DNA of 64,000 bases, taken from the NCBI GenBank assembly GCA_963803695.1, contig CAWDNY010000011.1, positions 159,504 to 223,503 on the forward strand, in the 5' to 3' direction. Below, piece by piece: positions 47,693-57,539 of this stretch. Position numbers and translations under genes: made by a program. A model generated the notes under the pieces. The model did not search any database. It worked only from the letters and a program-made list of their open reading frames with translations, and was not told the origin of the DNA. This DNA comes from an uncultured Actinomycetota bacterium (GTDB lineage Bacteria; Actinomycetota; Actinomycetes; Actinomycetales; Dermatophilaceae). Positions within the stretch are counted from its first letter, which is position 1; each line of letters starts with the position of its first letter.

Positions 47693-49301
47693 CAGTGTCG
47701 ACCCGTTCGCCGTCGTGGAGGTCGATGACTACGTCGGCTCGTGCCGCGAGCAGCGGATCGTGCGTCGAGACGACCGCCGCAATCCTTTGTTCGTGCACCA
47801 CGCTGAGCAGCAGGTCCATGATCGTGGCCGCCGTCTCGGAATCGAGCTGCCCCGTGGGCTCATCGGCTAGCAAGACCTTCGGTCGGGCCACCAGCGCCCG
47901 GGCGATCCCGACTCGTTGTTGTTGACCGCCGGACAGCTCATACGGGCGCTGCTTGGTATGCCGTGACAAGCCCACCACCTCCAGCGCGTGCGCCACTCGG
48001 GTCGAGCGTTCGCCAGCCGGAGTGCCGAGCAGTCGGAGCGGCACCTCGACATTTTCGGCCGCCGACAGCACCGGGATCAGCCCGAACGACTGAAACACGT
48101 AGCCGATCAACGTCCTGCGGACCTCCAACACGTCGTCTTCGGGCATCTGTGACAACCTGCGGCCATCGCCCAACAGCACCTCGCCCGACGTTGGCCGGTC
48201 AAGCCCCCCGAGCAGGTTGAGCAATGTCGTCTTACCCGATCCGGATGGCCCGCGCACCACGGTCAGCCCGCGCACCACGGTCAGCCCGCCTGCCCGCACC
48301 TCGATGTCGACGCCCACGACGGCATACACCGGCCCGGCTCCGGTGTCGAAGGTGCGATGCAGGTCCCGACCGGCCAACAGATAGTCGCGCTCACTCATCG
48401 CCAGGCTCCCACTGCTGGATGCGTGATCATCGGGCCACACGCCGACGTGATCCGCCTCGAGCTCCAGGCGCACCCGATCCCGCAGAGCCAGCTGATCGAC
48501 ATACCCACTGGGCAGTTGGAGCCGACCGGCGCGGTCGATGACGGTGTATTCCGAAGCCACCATTCGCTCGGCACCTCCCTCGTCGAGTTCGACCCGGCGC
48601 AGCACCTCAGTCGAAGTCCGGCCATCGCGGATCTGCACGGTGCGACGGACATGCTCAGAGATCATCGGATCATGCGTCACGATCAACACCGTGGTGGCCA
48701 ATTCTTGGGCTGCCTCGCGCATCGCCTCCAAGACCTGACCCGACATCGCCTCGTCCAATTCACCCGTCGGTTCATCAGCCAGCAAGACCGAAGGGTGGTT
48801 GGCCAGCGCCGTCGCGATCGCCACGCGCTGCTGCTGCCCACCGGACAGTTCGCCGGGCCAGCGGTCTCGGCATTCGCCGATGCTCAGCAAGTCGAGCATG
48901 TCTTGCACCCGGCTGCTCCGGTCCTTGCCAGAGCTGATCACCAGGGGCAGCGCGATGTTCTCCGCGGCTGTGAGGAAGGGCAGAAGGTTGCGGGAGGTCT
49001 GCTGCCAGACGAATCCGACCGTGCTGCGTTGATAGGTCACGCGCTCGCTGCGGGTCATCGTCAGCAGATCGGTGCCGGCGACTCGGGCGCGGCCACCCGT
49101 GGGGGTGTCCAGCCCGGACAAGATGTTGAGCAGGGTGGATTTGCCGGACCCCGAGGCACCGACGAGTGCCACTACATCGGCTCGGTCCACGCGCAGGTTC
49201 AACCCCTGGAGCGCCTGCACTTCGACGCCCTCGGTGGAGAAGATCCGCACCACGTCCTCGCAGACGATGTCGGGCTCGCCGTCGCGTGTCATGGTGTTCA
49301 C
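47688..49301 (-). CDS. ABC ATP-binding protein with two NBDs
   Basis: GASGSGKST/LSGGQQQR/LADEP and GPSGSGKTT/LSGGQQQR/LADEP. Confidence 0.92.
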   Translation of the reverse strand: MNTMTRDGEPDIVCEDVVRIFSTEGVEVQALQGLNLRVDRADVVALVGASGSGKSTLLNILSGLDTPTGGRARVAGTDLLTMTRSERVTYQRSTVGFVWQQTSRNLLPFLTAAENIALPLVISSGKDRSSRVQDMLDLLSIGECRDRWPGELSGGQQQRVAIATALANHPSVLLADEPTGELDEAMSGQVLEAMREAAQELATTVLIVTHDPMISEHVRRTVQIRDGRTSTEVLRRVELDEGGAERMVASEYTVIDRAGRLQLPSGYVDQLALRDRVRLELEADHVGVWPDDHASSSGSLAMSERDYLLAGRDLHRTFDTGAGPVYAVVGVDIEVRAGGLTVVRGLTVVRGPSGSGKTTLLNLLGGLDRPTSGEVLLGDGRRLSQMPEDDVLEVRRTLIGYVFQSFGLIPVLSAAENVEVPLRLLGTPAGERSTRVAHALEVVGLSRHTKQRPYELSGGQQQRVGIARALVARPKVLLADEPTGQLDSETAATIMDLLLSVVHEQRIAAVVSTHDPLLAARADVVIDLHDGERVDTA

Positions 49302-52156
49302 CTTTCCTCACCGAGCCTCAGATGTTGTGCCAGGTCGGCCCGGGAGGCCAGCGTGGCTGATGCGATCACCGCAAGCACGACCACGAGGAGCACACCTGCG
49401 GCGACCAGACCTAAGAGCCAGGGGTCGAGCGCCAGCTCAGGCTGCAGCGGTGAGCCGGTCAGTCCCCGCAGGTCGACCGCCCTCAGCAACACCCACGGCA
49501 CGAGCGCGCCCACCGCCGCACCGGCTAGGCCTGAGGCGATCAGCACCGGAGCGACTTCCCACGTCGCGATCGCCCGATGATCGCGACGCCGCGCGCCCAT
49601 CGTGCGCAGCAGGGCCAACAGCCGCATCCGGCTGGCGCTGCCGAGGGCTTGGACGAGCAGGATTGCCAGCACGGTCAGCGTGGTGGTCAGCGCCACAACG
49701 ACGACAAACACGGTGCTCAGGCCCGACGTTGCGGGGGCCGCGGTGAAAGCGTCAAGTCGCTCGTCGGGGGTTTCCACCAGCGAGTTCGGCACCGCGTCGG
49801 CGATGGTGGCGGCAACGTCCTCGCGGTCTGCGTCCTCGACCACCGAGATCAGTCCGAGGTTGGCTGACGGCACCGGGCGGCCGGCGGCCTCCCACGCCGA
49901 TTGCCTCACGACCACGAAGGAGCGACCGGTCGAGACGCCAGGCAATTGGTCGACATGTCCGACGACCCGGACTTGACCGACTCCACTGACCGAGACGGTG
50001 CCGCCGGCTTGGTCGACGTCGCCCCCGGTCACCAAGGGCAGGTCGGTGGCGTCGGCATACACACTCGGTGGCAGCGAGGTGACCAGGGGAGCCGCGCCCT
50101 GGACGCTGGCCAACGTGTCGCTGACCACAAAAAGCGAGACCCCACCGTCGATCTCGTCGCCGATCACGTCCACCGTGCGCGACTGCTCGCTCACGACAGC
50201 GACGTCGGCTACTCCCGGCAGCGCAGTCAGCGTCTCCACCAGGTCATCGGTGATCGTCGGTCCGCTCAGTCGGATCTGGGCTCCCGTGCCGTTCCACGCC
50301 GCGCGTTCGGCGCCGTCGGTGATGGTGGAGGAGAGCACCGTGCTGAAGGTCATGACCGCGACCCCCAGGATCATCGCGAGCGCTGGCACCAACCCACCGG
50401 CGGGGTCGCGGAGGGCCCGGGCAGCACCCAGGAACGGCGTCAACGATGCGCGAGTATGCAGGCGCGCCGCCAGCAGTCGAAGCGGCAGCGGATAGAGACG
50501 CAGCGTGATGATTGCCGCTGCCAACGCGAGCAACAAGGGGGTCGCTGCCAGCAGTGGATCTGGGCCGTTAGTGCCGGTCAGACCTCGGTCGAAGAGTTGC
50601 CAGGTCGCCACGACGGCCAGGCCCACGACGATTACTTCGGCCAGGAATCGCCCTTGAGCGCGCCGCGCCGGCTTGACACCGACGCCGCGACCGCCGCCGC
50701 GACCGACGCCGCGACCGCCACCAGCTCCACCGAGGTCGGATCGACCCACGAGCCCCTGGGCGGAGCGACTTCGCACACCGACCGAGACCGCGATGATGAC
50801 CGCCGGAATCAACCCGATGACGGCGGCCACGGCGATCTGGGGCCAGGGCGAAGCGCTCGGGCTCGGGGTGATCAGGAGCCCAGCGACGGCATACCCCAGC
50901 GCTGCGGCGGGCAGGCCGAGGGCGGCGCTCTCGGCGGCGAGGGCGACACCAAGTTGGCGCGCGGACCCGCCCCGTGCGCGGGCCACAGCCAGCGCGGTCC
51001 GCCGCCGATGGACGATCAGCGTCGCGCCGAGGGCAAACACCGCGAGGGTGACGCCGATGGGTCCCGCGCTGCTCACGGCCATGATCGACGCCGTGGCGCT
51101 CTGCTCGGAGGTGACGTCGGCCAACGTGTTGAAGATCTCGGTGGTGAGCCGGGGACGGAAGTCGACGACGGCGCCATCGGGGTCGCTGAGCGCCGGATCG
51201 ATCACGATCACCGGGCCCGCGGTCAGTCCGCCGATCTGAGAGGTCAGGGCTTGGACGTCATCGCTGGCGACTTGGCTCGCGTCCAGGGTGAACCAGGCGT
51301 GGACCTCACGTGAGGAGCCGGGCACGACGACGCCCGGATTGGCCGGCGCGAGGTATGCCGTCGCCGTGCCCAGGGTGCCGCGGTCGCCGTCGAAGAAGGT
51401 CCCGAAATCTGCGCCGAACGGGCTCTGGGCCCAATGCGCGGCCTCGGGGTCATCGACGGTGTAGGTGCCGGTCAATCGCACCTGCTGTTGCCCGATGCCG
51501 CGCTCCTCGCCGACGGCCCAGACCAAGCGATCGGCGGTTTGCTGGTTGACGACGACCTCGAGCGCGGGCAGGTCTTCGGGGTCGATCGGCTCTGCGTCGG
51601 GGTCCGTCAACTCCGTTGGGACGGGCACGGCCGCGGCCGGCCAGTCGCCTTCGGTCAGCGTCGCGAGTTCCTCTAGCAGGGGGTCGACGCGGAACTGGAC
51701 GGTGTATTCGGCGATGTCGCTGGCCGGGTCGTTGGGGCCGGTCACCGGCTGGTCGACGTCGACGTAGAATTTTCCGGGCTGCATGATCGAGCGCAGCGGA
51801 TCTGGCTGCTCGGCGCGGAGTCGGTCGAGGCCCTCGCGCATCGGTGACCACGTGTCTGACGGCTCGTCGAAGGTGATCTGGGTGCCGTCAAAGTCGCCGA
51901 AAAAGGCGAACTCGATCGTCTGGGTGGTGCGGATGTCCCGTTGCAACACCGACAAGTCATTCAAGGTGTAGTCGAGTTGTCGGGAATTCAGGTCGGCAAG
52001 CACCCGGGGACCGGCGGTGGCGACGCAACTGGTGATCGCGACGAGCAGCGCCAACAACACGGAGGTCCACGGGTCGGCGCGCAGTTGACGAGCGGCGAGG
52101 CCGACTGCGCCGGGGACCTTCCTCGAGGTATGCCGTGGGTGGCGTGTGGGGCTCAT
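49298..52156 (-). CDS. FtsX-like large ABC permease
   Basis: RRRTALAVARARGGS and LALLRTMG FtsX-type motifs; start ATG 52156 overlapping the upstream stop. Confidence 0.85.
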   Translation of the reverse strand: MSPTRHPRHTSRKVPGAVGLAARQLRADPWTSVLLALLVAITSCVATAGPRVLADLNSRQLDYTLNDLSVLQRDIRTTQTIEFAFFGDFDGTQITFDEPSDTWSPMREGLDRLRAEQPDPLRSIMQPGKFYVDVDQPVTGPNDPASDIAEYTVQFRVDPLLEELATLTEGDWPAAAVPVPTELTDPDAEPIDPEDLPALEVVVNQQTADRLVWAVGEERGIGQQQVRLTGTYTVDDPEAAHWAQSPFGADFGTFFDGDRGTLGTATAYLAPANPGVVVPGSSREVHAWFTLDASQVASDDVQALTSQIGGLTAGPVIVIDPALSDPDGAVVDFRPRLTTEIFNTLADVTSEQSATASIMAVSSAGPIGVTLAVFALGATLIVHRRRTALAVARARGGSARQLGVALAAESAALGLPAAALGYAVAGLLITPSPSASPWPQIAVAAVIGLIPAVIIAVSVGVRSRSAQGLVGRSDLGGAGGGRGVGRGGGRGVGVKPARRAQGRFLAEVIVVGLAVVATWQLFDRGLTGTNGPDPLLAATPLLLALAAAIITLRLYPLPLRLLAARLHTRASLTPFLGAARALRDPAGGLVPALAMILGVAVMTFSTVLSSTITDGAERAAWNGTGAQIRLSGPTITDDLVETLTALPGVADVAVVSEQSRTVDVIGDEIDGGVSLFVVSDTLASVQGAAPLVTSLPPSVYADATDLPLVTGGDVDQAGGTVSVSGVGQVRVVGHVDQLPGVSTGRSFVVVRQSAWEAAGRPVPSANLGLISVVEDADREDVAATIADAVPNSLVETPDERLDAFTAAPATSGLSTVFVVVVALTTTLTVLAILLVQALGSASRMRLLALLRTMGARRRDHRAIATWEVAPVLIASGLAGAAVGALVPWVLLRAVDLRGLTGSPLQPELALDPWLLGLVAAGVLLVVVLAVIASATLASRADLAQHLRLGEER

Positions 52157-55100
52157 CGGACCTCCTCGCGGTAGGTCCGGTCGCGCGCCTGATGCGTGAC
52201 CTTTCGGGCCAAAGTTGCGCCGATGATCAGGACCGCGAGGGCACCGATGCTCAGCAAGGTCAACCACAGCGGCAGCTCCAGGCGTAGCGCTGCGGGGAGC
52301 GTGGCGCGACCTGGCAAGGTCGTCGCGCTGGCCAACTCGGGGATGATTGCCAGGGCCACGAGCCACCCGGCGGCTACTCCGGCGATCAGCGCGCCCAGCA
52401 CCACTGTGCCCAACTCCAGGGCGCGCCCTCGTGCCTGGGCGCGGGACGGCATACCGAGGGCACGGAGCACTGCCACTTCCGGTCGGCGAGCGGCCAACGA
52501 GGTGGCGCTGACCGCTGCGATGCCGGTGATTGCCAGCAGGATCGACCCGGCGGAGGCCACCCAGAAGACGAGACGCACGGCTGCGTTGGCGTCGGTCACT
52601 GCCGCGGTTGGGGCCGCCGAAGCCGAGATGATCCCCGGCACGACGACGGCCCGGTCAGCGATGTTGGCGGGGTCGGACCCATCGGCGGTAGCGACCCAGA
52701 TCTGAGTGGGCTGGCCGATGTCGGTGCCTTGGTCGATGAGTGCTTGGCTCAGAGCCCCGGCGTCCGCGAGGACCACGTCGGGCTCGAGCGATCCGGGCAC
52801 GGCATCGACCACAGCGGCCACTTCGGCCGGGACAATGGCGCCGAAGGCGTTGATCTCGACGGCCGAGCCAACCGTGAGGTCGCTGGCGGTGGCCACCGTC
52901 TGGGTGATGGCTAAGGGCAGTGGATCATCACTGCGCGGTCGCGGCAAGAGGCGGATGGTGCCGGTCGGCTCGTATCGAGGGCGCGCGGTTCCCTCGCTCG
53001 TGACGATCAGCCTGCCCTCGGTGTCGGCCTGGACCTCGCCGCTGCGGTCCTGCGGCTCGTCGGTGCGGACCGCTTCGGGAGCGTCGACAATCCAGGAGTC
53101 TGTGGCTGGTCGGCTCTGGCCGTCGACCAGCACTCCGATCGTGGCGTTCAGGTCGTATTCGGGCGCCGGGGGACTGGTGAGGAGGTCGATCCGGATGACC
53201 TCGTAGCCAGCGACTGACGCCGGGAGGCTGATGTCGAGAGATTCTTGACCGCCGGCGGGGGCGATCTGCAGCGCCCCGGAGTCGTCCAGCGATATCTCGG
53301 GGGAGACCTTAAACGCGTCCACGGTGATGTCGCTGACGATGCCGGAGTCGATGTCGCGTATGAGCAGCGAGATCGCCACGTCGATGCCGCCGTTGACATC
53401 TTGGAATCGGGCGCTGAGGGCTTCGCCGCGAGCATCGTCCAACGTCATGTCCTGCTCGGCGACCAAGAAATCGACGAAGTCGTCGACGTCTGCTGAAAGG
53501 TCCGACAGCGTCGTGGCGCTGACATCGAGGTCGAGGCCCACGTTGAGGCTTGCGGCGCGGCCAGGGGGTATGCCGATCCCGCCACTTCCCGCCGACTCGC
53601 CCCCCACCTCATCGCCGGCCGGGGAGAGTCGGTCACTCAAGAGGCCTGGATCTGCTGCGCCCTGAGGCACGATGGCCACCTCGGCGAGTTGATCCATCGG
53701 TGCAGCGATCAGCAGGGTGTCGACCTCGGCGATCCGGGTGTCCCGAGTCCACACCGGCGCCGCAGCCTCGACGCCCTCCAGGTCAGCCACTGGTGGCGAG
53801 GCGGCGATCGCGTCGTTCTGTTGCACTTGCTGGTCATCGAGTGTGGCCCTGACGTCGCCTCCCTGGGCCAGACTGCTCAGTCCCTCGCGCAGATCAGCGG
53901 ACGTAGCGGCATACATCCCGCCTACCGTCGTCACGCCCACGGCGAGCACGGTGAGGACGACCGGGACGGCATAGGAGGTCAGACCCCGCGAGATGTGGGT
54001 CGTTGACAGGTGTGCCGTGAGTCCGGTCGTGGGGGTGGTCGCTCGGTGGCCGAGGCGCGCAATCGGCGCAAACAGGATGAGGGCGAGGACACCTGCAGCC
54101 CCGAGGAGCAACGCCGGGGCTGCCCCCGCGACGTAGTCGACACTCAGACTGCCATCGTCGGCCGTGACCAGCGGCGACCCGTATCGGCGCAGTTGGGCCC
54201 AGCTCAGCCCAGCGGCGGTCAGCGTCAAGACCGCGGAGCCCCAGGCTGCCGCCTGTCGGGTCCGACCCGATCGAGTCGTGGCTAGCCGGCTTTGGGCGAG
54301 GTGTCTGACCTGTTGAGCGGTGACGACGATGAGGGCGAGGAGCACGGCCAGCCCGGTGAGTGTGGCGACGAGGACGACTGTCCCCACCTGTTGCCCCCCG
54401 GCGGGGACAGCTTGCAGCGCCCCGGTTGCCACCGCCATACCCAGGGCAGTCCCGATGACGCTGATGCCTGCCGCCTCCGCCAACGACCATCCGAAAACTT
54501 GCCGTCGTGAGGCTCCTCGGGCCAGCAGGAACTCGACTTCGCCGGTGCGGGCCGAGGCCAGTATGCGGGCGAGTTGGGCCACGGCGATGACGCTGACCGT
54601 GAGCAAGACGATGAGCGGGACGACGTTGAGGGCGCGGGCGGTCTGGAGGTTGCGGTCGGCGCGTTCGGCGGTGGGGGCCAGGTCACCGTCCACGCGAATG
54701 CCGCGGATGGCGACGCCCTCGGTGTCCATCGTCGATCGCAGGGTCGCGGCCGCTGCGGCAAGGGGGCCGAGGTCGTCGGGTTGCAGATTGTCGGCGTCGG
54801 GCTGGATGACCCACTGGGCAAACGGGGTCTCGGTGAACTGGGTGAGATCCTCTGGGGCAACGACCATGGGGCCGAGGAGGTCATCGGTGAAGCCGTTCGC
54901 TGCGAGGGGGTCGCCGACCCAAGCCGGTGCCGACGGGTCGAGTGGGCGAAACAGCGCGGTGACTTCGACTTCGAGGCCATCGACGGTGAGGACGTCACCG
55001 ACGCTGACGTCCCACTGCGCGGCCGATCCGGTATGCAGTGCGCCCTGGATCGTCTCGCCTCCCGACTCCGGTGCTTGCCCCTCGGTGAGCTGGATCAGTC

Positions 55101-55491
55101 CCTCGAATCCGCCGATCCGCCCGGCCCCATCAAGGTTGTCGGAGCTGATCAGTTGGATGCGTCGGTCGCGGCCTTCGACGGGTCGCGGCTCGCTGGCCAG
55201 GCTTCGGCTGACGGTGACCTGGGCCGGAGCGAACGCTTCGTCGATGAGTTCTCGTGCTCTACCGTCCTGTTGCCGCGGGTCGTCGGCTTGCCGTGTCTGG
55301 ACCCTGAGAGCCACATCATCGGCCGACTCAGCCCCCGTCAGCGCCTCTCGGGCCGCCACGGTTGCTGCCGCCCTGGAATAGCCGACCGTACCCGCGATGA
55401 TCGCCGTCGTCGCGGTCACCAGCGCCAAGATGGTCAGCACGAGGCCTAACCCTGCTCGTGCGCGGCGCCAGATCAGGGCCCACGACGTCAT
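52153..55491 (-). CDS. FtsX-like large ABC permease
   Basis: RTGEVEFLLARGAS and RRPEVAVLRALG motifs; start inferred at ATG 55491. Confidence 0.85.
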   Translation of the reverse strand: MTSWALIWRRARAGLGLVLTILALVTATTAIIAGTVGYSRAAATVAAREALTGAESADDVALRVQTRQADDPRQQDGRARELIDEAFAPAQVTVSRSLASEPRPVEGRDRRIQLISSDNLDGAGRIGGFEGLIQLTEGQAPESGGETIQGALHTGSAAQWDVSVGDVLTVDGLEVEVTALFRPLDPSAPAWVGDPLAANGFTDDLLGPMVVAPEDLTQFTETPFAQWVIQPDADNLQPDDLGPLAAAAATLRSTMDTEGVAIRGIRVDGDLAPTAERADRNLQTARALNVVPLIVLLTVSVIAVAQLARILASARTGEVEFLLARGASRRQVFGWSLAEAAGISVIGTALGMAVATGALQAVPAGGQQVGTVVLVATLTGLAVLLALIVVTAQQVRHLAQSRLATTRSGRTRQAAAWGSAVLTLTAAGLSWAQLRRYGSPLVTADDGSLSVDYVAGAAPALLLGAAGVLALILFAPIARLGHRATTPTTGLTAHLSTTHISRGLTSYAVPVVLTVLAVGVTTVGGMYAATSADLREGLSSLAQGGDVRATLDDQQVQQNDAIAASPPVADLEGVEAAAPVWTRDTRIAEVDTLLIAAPMDQLAEVAIVPQGAADPGLLSDRLSPAGDEVGGESAGSGGIGIPPGRAASLNVGLDLDVSATTLSDLSADVDDFVDFLVAEQDMTLDDARGEALSARFQDVNGGIDVAISLLIRDIDSGIVSDITVDAFKVSPEISLDDSGALQIAPAGGQESLDISLPASVAGYEVIRIDLLTSPPAPEYDLNATIGVLVDGQSRPATDSWIVDAPEAVRTDEPQDRSGEVQADTEGRLIVTSEGTARPRYEPTGTIRLLPRPRSDDPLPLAITQTVATASDLTVGSAVEINAFGAIVPAEVAAVVDAVPGSLEPDVVLADAGALSQALIDQGTDIGQPTQIWVATADGSDPANIADRAVVVPGIISASAAPTAAVTDANAAVRLVFWVASAGSILLAITGIAAVSATSLAARRPEVAVLRALGMPSRAQARGRALELGTVVLGALIAGVAAGWLVALAIIPELASATTLPGRATLPAALRLELPLWLTLLSIGALAVLIIGATLARKVTHQARDRTYREEVR

Positions 55492-55565
55492 GTCGCTGAC
55501 CCCGTTTCCTCCACGTCGACATCGTGACACGCAGCCACCCCCATTGGCCTGACGTGGACCACCCC

Positions 55566-55617
55566 GATTGGCCTGTGCATTTCCTGTCGCTATAGCGGCA
55601 CAACCGCTCAGGCTAAG
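55566..55617. repeat. REP-like family B, copy 2
   Basis: gattggcctgtgcatttcctgtcgctatagcggcacaaccgctcaggctaag, same orientation as copy 1. Confidence 0.85.
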
Positions 55618-55703
55618 GAATGGGCTGGCGTGTGATCGTCCACATCTCTCGCTGTCCACAGGGACGCAAGCGACAGATGACCTGATCGAGCAGAGTGTGG
55701 CGG

Positions 55704-56639
55704 ATGAATGACAGCCGGGCTGAGCTGGTGATGAGGGCGCAGACCATCGCCAAAGACCACGGCGGGCTGGCCACGCGCAACATGCTGCGCGCCGAAGGGC
55801 TGACCCTCAGCTTCATCCGAGCCCAAGAACGCGCCGGGCGTTGGACGCGCATGGGTCGGCATACCCTCGGCATCACCTGCGCCGTTCCCAACGTTGACGG
55901 CTCGCGCTGGTTGGCCGTCTGGGAGTCGGGGCCGCGGGCGTTCCTCGACGGGGTCAGCGCGCTGCAGGCTGCGGGGCTGACCGGTTGGACCGAGCAGGCC
56001 ATCCACGTGACGGTGGTGGCAGGCAATCGCGTGCATCGGCGGCCGGGGGTGCGGATTCACCGCCTCGACCCTGGCGGAGGGATCATTCGCGCGGGGGTCC
56101 CGAGGGCCGTTCCTGAAGTAGCGGCCATCCGTGCGGCGCAGTGGGCGGCCAGTGATCGAGCGGCGGCGACCCTGCTGGCGATGACCATGCAGCAGGGTTT
56201 GGCCCATCCGCAGCGTCTGAGCGACAGGTGGGCGACGGTGCGCCGGAGCCCCCGGCGAGAACTGTTGGATCAGGTCCTCCTTGACGTATGCCGTGGGGCG
56301 CAATCGCTGGGCGAGCTGGACTTCGCTGTGTTGTGCCGCAAGCGGGGGCTTCCCGAGCCGACCCGTCAGGTGCTGCGGACCGGTCGACGGGGGCGGATCT
56401 ATCTTGATGTGGCGTGGGAAGACTTGGGCGTCCACGTCGAGATCGACGGTGCTCAGCACGCCCAGGGGCTGAACGCCGTCGATGATGCTGTGCGGCAGAA
56501 CGACTCGGCGGTGAACGGCACGGTGAATCTGCGGATCCCGGTGCTAGGGCTCCGGCTGACTCCTGACGTCTTCCTTGATCAGGTGGCTCTGGCCCTCGAC
56601 CGCGCGACGGCGGAGCGCGGCCAGCTCGGGCCCGCGTGA
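55704..56639 (+). CDS. AbiEi-like wHTH plus DUF559/Vsr-like PD-(D/E)XK domain protein
   Basis: DHGGLATRNML...GRWTR N-terminus; GAQSLGE, YLDVAW, VEIDGAQH, DAVRQN. Confidence 0.8.
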   Translation: MNDSRAELVMRAQTIAKDHGGLATRNMLRAEGLTLSFIRAQERAGRWTRMGRHTLGITCAVPNVDGSRWLAVWESGPRAFLDGVSALQAAGLTGWTEQAIHVTVVAGNRVHRRPGVRIHRLDPGGGIIRAGVPRAVPEVAAIRAAQWAASDRAAATLLAMTMQQGLAHPQRLSDRWATVRRSPRRELLDQVLLDVCRGAQSLGELDFAVLCRKRGLPEPTRQVLRTGRRGRIYLDVAWEDLGVHVEIDGAQHAQGLNAVDDAVRQNDSAVNGTVNLRIPVLGLRLTPDVFLDQVALALDRATAERGQLGPA

Positions 56640-56702
56640 CCGGGTGGAACCGGCGCGGCACTGCCGTCAAGAGTCCGGACCGGCTGTGGCAGTCTTGGCC
56701 GG

Positions 56703-57530
56703 ATGAAGCCGTGGAGCTTGCAGCCGAGCGGTCCGGGGGTCGCGGAACTCACGTGGACCCTCGATGATCCGTGGTGGTTGGACGCGCAGGCTCCGGCGGC
56801 TTTGGCCGAATTCTTGACCCTGGGGTATGCCGACGGGTTGCACCGCGTCGAGGCGCAGGTGCCGCGCGATGACCGTGAGTTGCGGCATACCTTGCAGCGG
56901 GCGGGCCTGCGCCCCGAGGGTGTTGCGCGGGGACGTGAACTTAACGGCAGCGGAGAGCCCGTCGACGTGCTTCGGCTGGCCCGGCTCGCGGATGACCCGC
57001 TGCCCGGGACCCGCCAGGCGTTTTTGGCGATGCTCAACGCGACGTTGCCGACCAAGCGTGTGATCGCGCAGGGGCTGATCCGCAACGAGCGCAATGACGT
57101 GTTGATGTGCCAGTTGACCTATAAGCAGGAGTGGGATCTGCCTGGTGGGGTCGTCGATCCGCATGAGTCACCGGCCGGTGCGTTGGCCAGGGAGATCAGC
57201 GAGGAGCTCGGTGTCGAGGTGCACGCCGGGGCGCTGTTGGCGATCGATTGGCTGCCGCCATATCGGCAATGGGACGACGCCGTGCTGCTCGTGTTTGACC
57301 TCGGCGTCCACCCTGACCTGCCGGGGCGCGCCCGCCTGCAACCGACCGAGATTGCCGGCCTGCACTGGTGTGACACCGCGCAGATCCAGCAGCGGGCTGC
57401 TCCGTATGTTGCTCGGCTGCTGACGCAACTGCGTTCCACGGTGGGAAATGAGGCTCGGGCGGAGTCGTCAGTGGGACTGGACGGACCGGCGTACCTCGAA
57501 GACGGGGTTCCGTACGACTTTCAGGGTTAA
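56703..57530 (+). CDS. NUDIX hydrolase with a GNAT-like N-terminal segment
   Basis: LPGGVVDPHESPAGALAREISEELG Nudix box; LHRVEAQV...LQRAGLRPEG resembles the RimJ/L C-terminus. Confidence 0.85.
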   Translation: MKPWSLQPSGPGVAELTWTLDDPWWLDAQAPAALAEFLTLGYADGLHRVEAQVPRDDRELRHTLQRAGLRPEGVARGRELNGSGEPVDVLRLARLADDPLPGTRQAFLAMLNATLPTKRVIAQGLIRNERNDVLMCQLTYKQEWDLPGGVVDPHESPAGALAREISEELGVEVHAGALLAIDWLPPYRQWDDAVLLVFDLGVHPDLPGRARLQPTEIAGLHWCDTAQIQQRAAPYVARLLTQLRSTVGNEARAESSVGLDGPAYLEDGVPYDFQG

Positions 57531-57539
57531 CGCTCTCCG

